A DNA stretch of 59,523 nucleotides, filler included. It is 4 parts of 4 records of this genome, joined end to end, with 100 filler letters (N's around TTAATTAATTAA, not from the genome) between each part and the next. Parts side by side here need not be neighbours in the genome. Positions count along the whole stretch, not along the records: positions 14,347 to 33,075 come from SRR31156797_14236; positions 33,176 to 45,226 come from SRR31156797_14241; 2 more parts are not named here. One strand, written 5' to 3'. Of this stretch, positions 27,073 to 36,108 are shown piece by piece. The notes below the pieces were generated by a model. The model saw only the letters and a program-made list of their open reading frames with translations. It was not told where the DNA came from and did no database searches. Position numbers and translations under genes: made by a program. Numbering within the stretch: position 1 is the stretch's first letter; every line of letters begins with the position of its first letter.

Positions 27073-28678
27073 TGCTAAACAAATCTTGTTTAACAGCAGG
27101 GTCGTCTAAGTCTATTTCTAAAAGATCCAGAACCTCATGCTTTGTCATTGGCAGAAAACCACATATTTGTTTGTCCGGTTCAACCAACCCTCTAACTTCA
27201 TAGAACCAATTACCTAAGTGATCTTTTGTAACATATATCCCTGCACGGTCACCATCAGGTGTAACACCAGAGAAAAAGAATTCGCATAAGTTGCGCCTTT
27301 CTTCCCATGTCATTTTTAGAAAATGCTCACCTCGGCCCAATCGGTTTTTGGCAGCCCTTTCTAACACTTTTTGTATGAAGTTGCCTTGTGCCTTTATCTT
27401 TGCAGGTGAAGGGACATTTTCTATTTTTTTCTCACTAATGGCGATTTCTTTTTCAATCTTGTCTTGTCGAACTTGAAGTTTGTCCCTTTCTATTTTAATA
27501 TCTTCTTGCTTAAGAACATCCTTAGCTACAGCTCTCACTAAATTGGTTAATTCTTTTTCAATTGATTTTAGATCATTCCGAAAAAACTCAATCTCTTTAC
27601 GAATTTTCTCAGAGTCACCATACTTATCAACTGATCTATTGATTGCTTTTTCAATCGATAAATGATCGCCATAAAGACTATACAATTTAACAAATACAGC
27701 CTGCTCAATTTCATCAGCCGAAATCCATAATCCTATATCACATTCCTTTTTTCTGCCACGTGCATGTCTATAATACCTACGCTTACCATGATTTGTTTGT
27801 CCAAACATGGCATATCCACAACGAGCACAAAATATCATTCTGCTAAACAAGTATTTGTTCTTAATATTCCCATGCTCATAAGTTTTGTTACTCTCAGATT
27901 TTCTCCAAATAGCATCGATTGTCTCTTGAGGCAACAACGGTGGAATGGTTAGAGTTACTGTTTCTGATATATTTAACCGTTTATTATCAAATTCTATAAC
28001 CCACTCAGTACCTGAACGATTCTTTAAGATTTTCCATAGATTAGAGTGATTCATCCCTAAAGTTTTGGCAATTTCACTCATTGATTTGCCGTTGAGATAC
28101 TGATCTGCCGCCCAAACAATTTTCCTCTGCTTTTCAGTATCAACACCCCACTCATGCTTCTTTCTATCGTAAGTACGACCATAAGGAGGCTTTCCTGCAC
28201 TTGGAATATTATTTTTAGCCCTAGCTATTCGACTTAGTAAACTTTTTCTAGCTTGTTCCAGAGCGAAGTACTCATTCATCTCAGTACTCATACCAAGGAA
28301 CAATGTGGCCTGAGGATCAAATAGATTGTATTCAGTGGCACCACAGAAAAATCTTATACCGTTTTCTTTCAGTATACTTAATCCCTCTTTGCTGAGCCTG
28401 TTATCCCTTGACCACCTGCTTGGATCGAACACGATAACTGCGTCAAATTGATCTTTACTCGCATCCGAGAGTAATTGAGTAAACATTTGTCTTTCATAGT
28501 CAGGAGTTGCATGCTCTTGCCCTGTGTATTTCCAACAGTGATCAGGGACATAACCACCTTCAATGTTTGCGATAGATTTTAGAATTGCTTCCTTCTGTGT
28601 GTCTAAAGATGATCCCTGATCTTCCTGTTTTTCTGTACTGACCCGTATCAGAGGAGCAAATCGGATTGATTCCCTCAT
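27035..28678 (-). CDS. Large serine recombinase (resolvase + recombinase + Zn-ribbon + coiled coil)
   Basis: IRVSTEKQ catalytic motif, [32 protein letters not shown], long coiled coil; 547 aa. Confidence 0.93.
   Translation of the reverse strand: MRESIRFAPLIRVSTEKQEDQGSSLDTQKEAILKSIANIEGGYVPDHCWKYTGQEHATPDYERQMFTQLLSDASKDQFDAVIVFDPSRWSRDNRLSKEGLSILKENGIRFFCGATEYNLFDPQATLFLGMSTEMNEYFALEQARKSLLSRIARAKNNIPSAGKPPYGRTYDRKKHEWGVDTEKQRKIVWAADQYLNGKSMSEIAKTLGMNHSNLWKILKNRSGTEWVIEFDNKRLNISETVTLTIPPLLPQETIDAIWRKSESNKTYEHGNIKNKYLFSRMIFCARCGYAMFGQTNHGKRRYYRHARGRKKECDIGLWISADEIEQAVFVKLYSLYGDHLSIEKAINRSVDKYGDSEKIRKEIEFFRNDLKSIEKELTNLVRAVAKDVLKQEDIKIERDKLQVRQDKIEKEIAISEKKIENVPSPAKIKAQGNFIQKVLERAAKNRLGRGEHFLKMTWEERRNLCEFFFSGVTPDGDRAGIYVTKDHLGNWFYEVRGLVEPDKQICGFLPMTKHEVLDLLEIDLDDPAVKQDLFSKRDAHNSLYFYQ
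27049..27072. repeat. Direct repeat / att junction (recombinase side)
   Basis: AGAGGCTGTTATGTGCATCGCGTT; extends to 35 bp with one mismatch. Confidence 0.85.
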
Positions 28679-28685
28679 AATTTTT

Positions 28686-29102
28686 CTATTCCCCGATGAT
28701 TTTTACCAACACTCTCTTCTTGCGCCTACCATCAAACTCACCGTAGAAAATTTGTTCCCATGTGCCAAAGTCAAGTTGACCATCGGTAATGGCAACAACA
28801 ACCTCCCTGCCCATGACCTGCCTTTTCATATGGGCGTCAGCGTTGTCCTCGTAGCCGTTGTGCCGGTACTGGCTAACCGGCTCATGGGGCGCTAGTTTTT
28901 CAAGCCATACTTCGTAGTCATGGTGCAGACCCGATTCGTCATCGTTGATAAAAACAGAGGCTGTTATGTGCATCGCGTTACAGAGTAGAAGCCCGTCAGA
29001 GATCTGGCTTTCTCGTAAACACTCTTCTACTTGCGGTGTGATATTGATGAAGCCTCTTCTTGATGGCACTTCAAACCATAGTTCTCTTCGATAACTTTTC
29101 AT
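28686..29102 (-). CDS. yjbQ: YjbQ/UPF0047 family protein (secondary thiamine-phosphate synthase family)
   Basis: [37 protein letters not shown] 29102 after GAGG. Confidence 0.92.
   Translation of the reverse strand: MKSYRRELWFEVPSRRGFINITPQVEECLRESQISDGLLLCNAMHITASVFINDDESGLHHDYEVWLEKLAPHEPVSQYRHNGYEDNADAHMKRQVMGREVVVAITDGQLDFGTWEQIFYGEFDGRRKKRVLVKIIGE
28956..28979. repeat. Direct repeat / att junction inside intact yjbQ
   Basis: AGAGGCTGTTATGTGCATCGCGTT, identical to 27049-27072. Confidence 0.85.
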
Positions 29103-29636
29103 TTGTTGCCTCAATATGATGTGGTTGGTTTATCATTTATAATGATAGTAAAATCGGACATTAAAGAAAAATCAAGAAAAGATAAAACTAGGCTCTGCTG
29201 CTATTTTTGGCTTGGAACGATGAAGTGTATACAGACGGTGCAAGGAAAGCGTTGTCGCTCGATTATCGCTGTTTTAGAGTTGGTTGCCAGCGAATGCCTG
29301 TGTAGGCCACTTGTTGTTGATGGCAAGTTAATTTGGAAAATTTGCGAAGGTGAAAATATTTTCGTGGAGACAACTGGAGCTAATATGCAGGTGCCGACGC
29401 ATTTAGAAAAAATCATACCGTAAACGTCAAAAGAGTTTCCAGGCATGGCTACCGATTGATAGCAATCAGCAAAAAAATCATAAAATGCACACTATAAGAA
29501 ATAGGCGTAGAAGAATTCTTTCTTATCGGAAAAGTTGCATGGTTAGGACATGAGGTAACGTGAATCAATTGCAGTGACAGGCTTTTTGTAAATTGGAAAA
29601 TTTAACAACAACCACATTGTGTGCTGTCTTAAGTCG

Positions 29637-29684
29637 AGAGGGCAAATTACCTATGAAAATTGGGTAGTTTGCTCTTTTTTTTTT
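29637..29684 (+). terminator. Strong Rho-independent terminator with no obvious upstream CDS
   Basis: AGAGGGCAAATTACCTA-tgaaaat-TGGGTAGTTTGCTCTTT followed by a T-run. Confidence 0.7.
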
Positions 29685-29971
29685 AATGGAGAGGCGTATA
29701 ATACTCGATCACTTTGGCTTAAATTTTCATCTATCGACGAGTTATACAGGAAAGAACTTGAAGAGAAGAGAGCCACTTCAAAAGAAGCAATTACATGAAT
29801 TGTAGGTAAATCTGCTATCACTATACCACCTGAGACAATGGCAGCAGTTCAAAACATGTCGATATTTTGCTAAAATATATAAATATGATGTGATTTATAT
29901 ATTTGCATAAAATTATATGGGGCTTTGTCATAGTTGCAGAACAAACCTACATCTGAGAAATATGCCTTTCC

Positions 29972-30033
29972 AGCTTTTCTCCCCACTCAATCCTTATGCC
30001 TAATACAGAAGGGTTTGAGTGGGGAGAAAAGCT
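29972..30033. repeat. Perfect 19-bp inverted repeat upstream of the SSS-CDPS operon
   Basis: AGCTTTTCTCCCCACTCAA (29972-29990) / TTGAGTGGGGAGAAAAGCT (30015-30033). Confidence 0.9.
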
Positions 30034-30193
30034 TTGTGGGGCTTGGTTGCCAAACAAATTTGCCATTTACTCAAGCCTTAGTCGAGTTTCCAATTGGTTA
30101 TAATTACGTTTGAAAAATCACGTCCAACAACGACATCTTCTGCAAAACTGACAAAGAACCAATTATATACAATATATTCTTAGGAGGAGCAAT

Positions 30194-31783
30194 ATGCCAG
30201 CACATGTATCAATTTTTTCCTTTTGGTTTGCGATGATATTAGCCCTAGGATCTCTTCTATTTTATTTAGCATCTGCGTTTTGGTTTAGGACATTGTCCAA
30301 GGAAATTGGAGATAACATTGAAGATTTTAATCTAGGTATACCAAGTTCTTCTAATAACAATAATATTTTTTCCATATCACTTATTGCCGCTGGCACATCT
30401 CTTTCTACAGTATTTGTTTTTTTCCTAACTGCTGGCTCTATATTTGGTTGGTGGATGATTCTGTCACCAATCATGTTTGCTGCTGGCAACGCTATAATGT
30501 TCAAAGTTTATAATCGCATCAAAGCAAATGGTTATTTTGTTGAAAATAATCTCCAAACTCATGGGGTAACTGGACTAATACCGTACATAGGAAAAGCAGT
30601 TACAGGTAATAATTCTGTAGGGTGGATTTTATTATTTTTATCAGTTTTCAACCTTTTATCTGTACTTTCTTTAGAGCTTATTGTTGGCGTAGAAGTATTT
30701 GGCTATTTATCTTCAAATACATTCGGAACAACTTCATCTTCTATTGGTGAATTTTTAGTATTCATATTTTCAATTATATTATTACTGGGCTATGTGTATG
30801 TAGGGGGATTTAGAGCTGTTGTTTCTTCTGACATATGGCAGATGAAGGCTATGAAATGGGCAATATTCATAACCATTGCTAGTTTAGTGATTTTTGCTTT
30901 TAGTGCTAACAATAAAGGTGTTAGCTTAAGTTTGCTGAATAGAACTCCACCTACTATAGTGCTAGTAGGTTTTATTCTAAACGTAATTTTGGCAAACTGC
31001 TTTGCTCCAATGAGTCAAGAGGCATCATGGCAACGATTCAGGGCATTCTCCAATGCAAAAGGAATTATTCTTGACAAAGCAATGTTGTTGGCAATAGGTC
31101 AATCGCTGCTTCTTTGGATAGGGTTGATAGTATTGTCCTTTAGTTTATTGCTCGTGATTCCTCCTGGATCAGGAGTCGAGCTAACCTCAATGTCAAATGT
31201 TTTAGAAGTGTTAAGAACTCTTAATAATTGGTGGTTTCCACTTTTTATTTTCCCTGTACTGACTGTAGCCGCGCTATCAGCAATGTATTCTACTGCAGAC
31301 ACTTCAGTTTCAGCCTTGCTGTATTTAATAGAGTATTTTCGTTATACTCATAATAAACCTATGGATAAGATCCAAACTGAGAGAATAAAAAACGGTTACA
31401 CATTCTCAATGGTATTAATTTTTCTTGTATGTACTGGTTCTTACTTCTTTGTTCGCATTTGGTTTAACCCTACAATTCTACAACTTGTTTTCTCTGTGTT
31501 TAGCAATTTGGTAGTTATAGCGCCCACAATTCTGACTGCAGCAGTAATTGCTCCAGTGTCATCGGATAAAGACCAATCTCAAAAACGCACACCATTCATA
31601 ATTACTTCTATATTGCTAGGATTTGTTTCTTATTGGTCCAGCACTATTTTGGCATTGATTTTGGGAGGTGAATATCTTTGGCTTAGTCAATTATCTATAG
31701 TAATTGGTCTTATAGGTGCAATAATTCCTGTCATACCTCTCTGGGTGTCAGTAAATAAAAAACAAACTTTAGAGGTGAAATAA
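30194..31783 (+). CDS. Sodium:solute symporter (SSS/SLC5)-like membrane protein
   Basis: ~13 TM; YVYVGGFRAVVSSDIWQ, WQRFRA, ALSAMYSTADTS motifs; AGGAGG RBS. Confidence 0.82.
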   Translation: MPAHVSIFSFWFAMILALGSLLFYLASAFWFRTLSKEIGDNIEDFNLGIPSSSNNNNIFSISLIAAGTSLSTVFVFFLTAGSIFGWWMILSPIMFAAGNAIMFKVYNRIKANGYFVENNLQTHGVTGLIPYIGKAVTGNNSVGWILLFLSVFNLLSVLSLELIVGVEVFGYLSSNTFGTTSSSIGEFLVFIFSIILLLGYVYVGGFRAVVSSDIWQMKAMKWAIFITIASLVIFAFSANNKGVSLSLLNRTPPTIVLVGFILNVILANCFAPMSQEASWQRFRAFSNAKGIILDKAMLLAIGQSLLLWIGLIVLSFSLLLVIPPGSGVELTSMSNVLEVLRTLNNWWFPLFIFPVLTVAALSAMYSTADTSVSALLYLIEYFRYTHNKPMDKIQTERIKNGYTFSMVLIFLVCTGSYFFVRIWFNPTILQLVFSVFSNLVVIAPTILTAAVIAPVSSDKDQSQKRTPFIITSILLGFVSYWSSTILALILGGEYLWLSQLSIVIGLIGAIIPVIPLWVSVNKKQTLEVK

Positions 31784-31784
31784 T

Positions 31785-32237
31785 ATGACTGGATTAAAAG
31801 ACATAATAAATTTTTTAATCCCTATCCCTCCTGCCATTCTTGTAAGAAAGGGGGAAATGCCTAATTGCACAGATATATTTGAAAAGATTTCCAACAGCCC
31901 TCCTAACCCTCGCCCTTTAGGTAGACTGTTTTCATGGTTGTGTAGTATATTATTTCTTTCTTGGATAGTCTTCTCTGTTAATGGTATTATTTTTTCAACA
32001 TGTATAATATTGGCTTTAAGAAACTGGGGTAACAATATACCACTATCAACTCCTTGTTATTTTAATTTATACTCATGCCAAATGATACTATCAATACTTG
32101 CATCACTTCTATTCTTTGGTCAACTATTCTTCTACATTATTGGTATAATTGCATCTCAAGTTTCAGATCGCTGTGTAGAACATGCAACGTGCCAAATTGA
32201 TGGAAAAACAGAAAAGACGAGTGAAAAAGATGGATGA
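31785..32237 (+). CDS. Hypothetical Cys-rich two-TM membrane protein
   Basis: 150 aa; two hydrophobic segments; starts 1 nt after the SSS stop with GAGGTG RBS; stop overlaps the next ATG. Confidence 0.7.
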   Translation: MTGLKDIINFLIPIPPAILVRKGEMPNCTDIFEKISNSPPNPRPLGRLFSWLCSILFLSWIVFSVNGIIFSTCIILALRNWGNNIPLSTPCYFNLYSCQMILSILASLLFFGQLFFYIIGIIASQVSDRCVEHATCQIDGKTEKTSEKDG

Positions 32238-32904
32238 TATCGTAAAGTTTAAAGGTAATGCCTTCATAGGAATTAGCTTAGGGAATAAAGTATTCACAAA
32301 ATCTTTTCTGCAGAGATCATTGAATTTTTTATTGAATAAACACGAAACGATTCTTTTATTGATAGCTGATGACCTCCTGAAATATACGAGAACAATTACA
32401 AACATTAATGGCTTTAATATACTTGATATTAGAGGGGTCTCAACTAAAGTTTCTATTAGGTCTGAAGAATTTTATCGCTTCATACATTCAACAATTGAAA
32501 AAATCGACCCAAAATGTCGGCCTAGAATCCTAGTTAGACGTTGGGCCTCTTTTGCAGATGCAGAATACGTCAACATAGCAAGATCCTTACAGATAGGTTA
32601 CGCATCAATTAAAGACTTTAAAGACTTGGTGAACAATGTAGCCAGACAACACATTGACAAATCAGAGACCATTAAAAATATACCTGGCATCATGGAATTA
32701 TGTTCCCAATACCTTATAGATGAGGTTGCAATGAACCTTAGAGTAACTGAAATAGAAAAATACTCATTTGAGTATTACCCGGGTGAAGAAATTGATGTTG
32801 TCAAAAAACTATACAATAATGAATTCGAGAAATATGGCTTATCTATTGAAAATATTACCAACAAAACTAACTTAAAGAGATCTTTTAATTCCTTAGAAAT
32901 ATAA
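32230..32904 (+). CDS. tRNA-dependent cyclodipeptide synthase (CDPS), XYP-like
   Basis: GISLGNKVF (catalytic Ser, Asn), LLIAD, YLIDE (catalytic Tyr/Glu), YYPG; ~224 aa from ATG 32230. Confidence 0.8.
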   Translation: MDDIVKFKGNAFIGISLGNKVFTKSFLQRSLNFLLNKHETILLLIADDLLKYTRTITNINGFNILDIRGVSTKVSIRSEEFYRFIHSTIEKIDPKCRPRILVRRWASFADAEYVNIARSLQIGYASIKDFKDLVNNVARQHIDKSETIKNIPGIMELCSQYLIDEVAMNLRVTEIEKYSFEYYPGEEIDVVKKLYNNEFEKYGLSIENITNKTNLKRSFNSLEI

Positions 32905-33075
32905 ATCTGAAGTTTCCTGTAAACTATACGACAGGGAGGAATGAAAACAGGAGTCAGGTCTTCGCTTGACTCTTTTCAAGATCTATCGGGGCTAGATCAC
33001 GATGAGGGCGAAGGCTTGGGGCATGCGTGGTGACGGCTTTAGCTTAGTTCCATGTGCTTTTAACGTAAATCCTGC

Positions 33076-33175
33076 NNNNNNNNNNNNNNNNNNNNNNNNN
33101 NNNNNNNNNNNNNNNNNNNTTAATTAATTAANNNNNNNNNNNNNNNNNNNNNNNNNNNNNNNNNNNNNNNNNNNN
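33076..33175. other. Artificial contig linker
   Basis: N-run/TTAATTAATTAA/N-run, 100 nt. Confidence 0.97.
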
Positions 33176-33497
33176 AGAGATTAAAGACTTAGTTGAAAAT
33201 GCAACAGTAAAAGCAAATGAAGGTAAAAATGTAAGTGCATCAATGATTGAAGGGTTTACTGAACTTGAATCAAAAATCACTCATACAAGTAATCTAATTG
33301 ATGATGTTACAAATGCCGCTAGAGAACAAACTCTAGGTATGACTCAAATTAGCGATGCTATTAATCAACTTGATAGATTTACTCAAGAAAATGCTTCAAT
33401 TGCAGATAAAACAAATGTAATTGCACAAGAAACAAACCAAGTTTCTCTTGACATTGTTCATAATGTAAATATGAACAACTTTGAAGGAAAAGTTTAG
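33176..33497 (+). CDS. Methyl-accepting chemotaxis protein, C-terminal fragment
   Basis: EIKDLVENA..EQTLGMTQISDAINQLDRFTQENA. Confidence 0.85.
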
Positions 33498-33510
33498 TAA
33501 ACTTTCCTTC

Positions 33511-34176
33511 ATGGAACTACTTGACCCAACTCATAAAATATATTTATTAGATAACAATAATTTTTTATTTCCAACTTTAGAGATGATGAATGATGACCTA
33601 GTAGCTGTAGGTGGAGACTTTCATCCCCAAAGAATCATTAATGCTTATGAAAATGGTATTTTCCCTTGGTTTATAGACGAATATAATCATATTCATTGGT
33701 TTAGTCCACAAAATAGAATGGTTTTATATCCTGATGAATTTAAACTTTCTAAAAGCTTGAAAAGAACTCTAAACAATAAAGGTTATGTGGTAAAAACAAA
33801 TGAAAATTTTGAAGAGGTTATTAAAAACTGTTCAACTATCAAAAGAAAACATGAAGATGAGACTTGGATTGATGATAATTTTATTATTGCATATACAAAT
33901 CTTTTCAAACTAGGATATGCTTATTCAATTGAGTGTTATTTGGATGGAAAACTTGTTGGTGGATTGTATGGACTTCTTATAAACGGTGTATTTTGTGGAG
34001 AGAGTATGTTTGCAAAACAAAGAGATGCATCTAAAATTGCTTTTTACCATCTTTGTAAACAAGCAAAAGAAAATGATATAAAAATAATTGACTGCCAAGT
34101 GTATAATGACCACTTAGCAAGTCTAGGAGCAAAAGAGATACCAAGAGAGGAGTATTTTAAAATACTCAAAAGCTAA
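33511..34176 (+). CDS. aat: Leucyl/phenylalanyl-tRNA-protein transferase
   Basis: LVAVGGD, AYENGIFPW, LVGGLYG..FCGESMF, DCQVYNDHLASLGA. Confidence 0.95.
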   Translation: MELLDPTHKIYLLDNNNFLFPTLEMMNDDLVAVGGDFHPQRIINAYENGIFPWFIDEYNHIHWFSPQNRMVLYPDEFKLSKSLKRTLNNKGYVVKTNENFEEVIKNCSTIKRKHEDETWIDDNFIIAYTNLFKLGYAYSIECYLDGKLVGGLYGLLINGVFCGESMFAKQRDASKIAFYHLCKQAKENDIKIIDCQVYNDHLASLGAKEIPREEYFKILKS

Positions 34177-35480
34177 GCAATCACCTTTTGTTTTATAAGC
34201 CAAGATTTTAATAATCTTGCTTTTTGTTCATCAATATTTATACAAAATTTTTCAACAAATTCAATAGACTTTTCTCTACTATTTTTAAGACAATATTTTA
34301 CTAAATCTAAAATCTCTATATTCTCAAAAAAATATAAACCAAGAGGGTTATCATTTGTAACTATTACCTCTTTAGGTTCAATAAAAGAGTTTTTCACTAT
34401 TCCATAATTTTTTATTTGAATTTTATTAGAAATTTTTCTTTCTATATTTGGCCAGTTTTGTCTTTTTTGCCAAAATTCTGAATCAAATCGTTGCTCTAAC
34501 ATATAAAAATCTTTACCAACTCTTGAAAACTTCTCAAAGATATATTCAACTCTTTTTTTATAAAAATTTTTTGCTAATTCTTTGTTCTCTTTTTTATTCA
34601 AAATTGTATTTATTACATATGGGGCAATACTTGACATACTCATAGCCTGAAAAGCTCCATTTCCAGAAAGTGGGTCGATACTTGAAGCACTATCTCCAAC
34701 AAGTATCATCTTATCATCAATTATTGTATTATGGATTTTACTGTAAGAATCTCTTTTTACTATTTTTTTACTTGACTTCGCATCTTTTAAGCTCCATAAA
34801 TCAATACCTGATTCTTCCAAATAGGGTTTTAAATCTTCAAAAGATTTTATTGAATGAGCAATAGTTTCATCACAAGTAAACTGGATATAGCCTTTGTTAT
34901 TTCCAACATATGCTTGCCAAATCCAACCATTTTTTACTGAATCAATTGATGTTTTATTTTCACTATTAGAATCTAAATACAACTCTTGTAATAATGAAAA
35001 ACTCTTTGGTCCATGTAAATATTGGTTTTTAAAAGGCGTAAATCTCCCTCTTGTATCAACAAGGTAATCAACCTCCATATTCACTTCCATAGTTTTTTTG
35101 TATCTTACAGTTGGTTTATTCTTAAAATCAACAGTTCCCAATATTTTTGCATCTATTAATTTTATATCATACTTTTTTGCATCTTTTAGTAAAGCTTTAT
35201 CAAATTCATCTCTTGAAACTACATATTCATAATTTGCATTACTTTGTAAATTTGCCCAATTTGAGTTTCTCTTTGACTTAGTATTTAAAAGTTTTGAACT
35301 AATCTCACAGCCAATTAGTTTTAAACCCTCTTTTGTTTTTTCACTAAACCCTTCATAAGCTGTAAATGCTCTTTTTTTATAGATTATTGTTACATCAAAA
35401 TCTAATTTTTTTAATCCTATCGCAGTTGTAACACCAGCAATTCCTGCACCCAATACTGCAATCTTTTTATCTTGGTTCAT
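34173..35480 (-). CDS. qhpG: FAD-dependent monooxygenase for CTQ biogenesis
   Basis: VLGAGIAG, GWIW, VGDSASSIDPLSGNG; last gene of the qhp cluster. Confidence 0.85.
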   Translation of the reverse strand: MNQDKKIAVLGAGIAGVTTAIGLKKLDFDVTIIYKKRAFTAYEGFSEKTKEGLKLIGCEISSKLLNTKSKRNSNWANLQSNANYEYVVSRDEFDKALLKDAKKYDIKLIDAKILGTVDFKNKPTVRYKKTMEVNMEVDYLVDTRGRFTPFKNQYLHGPKSFSLLQELYLDSNSENKTSIDSVKNGWIWQAYVGNNKGYIQFTCDETIAHSIKSFEDLKPYLEESGIDLWSLKDAKSSKKIVKRDSYSKIHNTIIDDKMILVGDSASSIDPLSGNGAFQAMSMSSIAPYVINTILNKKENKELAKNFYKKRVEYIFEKFSRVGKDFYMLEQRFDSEFWQKRQNWPNIERKISNKIQIKNYGIVKNSFIEPKEVIVTNDNPLGLYFFENIEILDLVKYCLKNSREKSIEFVEKFCINIDEQKARLLKSWLIKQKVIA

Positions 35481-36108
35481 CTACTCTCCTTTTTGAAAAC
35501 TCATTTAATATTTCATCTTTTGAAAACCCTTTCTGTAAAAAGGTACAAAATTCTTTTGTAAACTTTGCAACAGCTACACTTGAACCTGCTATCTCTTTTT
35601 GACTAGAGAAAGGGTTTGCTCCAAAATATTTTCCCTCATCATCCAAAGAAACTACTTTTTCATCTTTACACATCCATTCAGATGTAACTTTTATAACACC
35701 TTCATAAGATGCAGGGAAAACTTGTAAGTTTGCACGTCTTGGATATGAAGAGATTATTGTTGTTCCCTTTGACATAAGTTTTTTACAAATCTCTTCTATT
35801 TCTGTATAGTTTTGAGACAAACCTAAACTCAAATTTATAACATCAATCTCTTTTTCTAAAAGATACTCTAAGGCATAATATACATGAAGAGGTGTTGTTT
35901 TAAGTTCTTCATTAAAAACTTGAATCTCATAAATATCAATATTTTTACTATTGATTATTGAAGTAATAACCTCTCCATGCTTGAACTTTAAATCTTTTTG
36001 CTTTTCTATTTTATGATTAAAGTTCTCATCAAAACTAATAGCTATTTTTTCATATGTTTCAAAACTACTTCCACTATCTAAAATAGCAACTTTTATGTTT
36101 TTACTCAT
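35467..36108 (-). CDS. qhpE: Subtilisin-like leader peptidase
   Basis: Short subtilase triad ILDSG, KHG, INLSLG, GSSVA; cluster context. Confidence 0.85.
   Translation of the reverse strand: MSKNIKVAILDSGSSFETYEKIAISFDENFNHKIEKQKDLKFKHGEVITSIINSKNIDIYEIQVFNEELKTTPLHVYYALEYLLEKEIDVINLSLGLSQNYTEIEEICKKLMSKGTTIISSYPRRANLQVFPASYEGVIKVTSEWMCKDEKVVSLDDEGKYFGANPFSSQKEIAGSSVAVAKFTKEFCTFLQKGFSKDEILNEFSKRRVDEPR

Larger units (their letters stand above)
27049..28979 (-). mobile_element. Minimal site-specific integrative element in yjbQ (replacement yjbQ 3' part plus large serine recombinase)
   Basis: Identical 24-bp direct repeats at 27049-27072 and 28956-28979, 1907 bp apart, flanking the recombinase. 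Confidence 0.8.

Noticed and set aside
26701-27078. 125-aa plus-strand ORF opposite the displaced yjbQ copy
   Set aside because: Antisense shadow of the conserved yjbQ frame with no recognisable motifs.
29103-29446. Overlapping 106-aa and 81-aa ORFs upstream of yjbQ
   Set aside because: No recognisable domain or RBS, and they overlap the probable yjbQ promoter.
32948-33075. GAGTCAGG..CTTGACTC hairpin and GTGGTGACGGCTTTAGC, reminiscent of REP-like units
   Set aside because: Single imperfect copies at a contig end; could be a terminator and cannot be classified.
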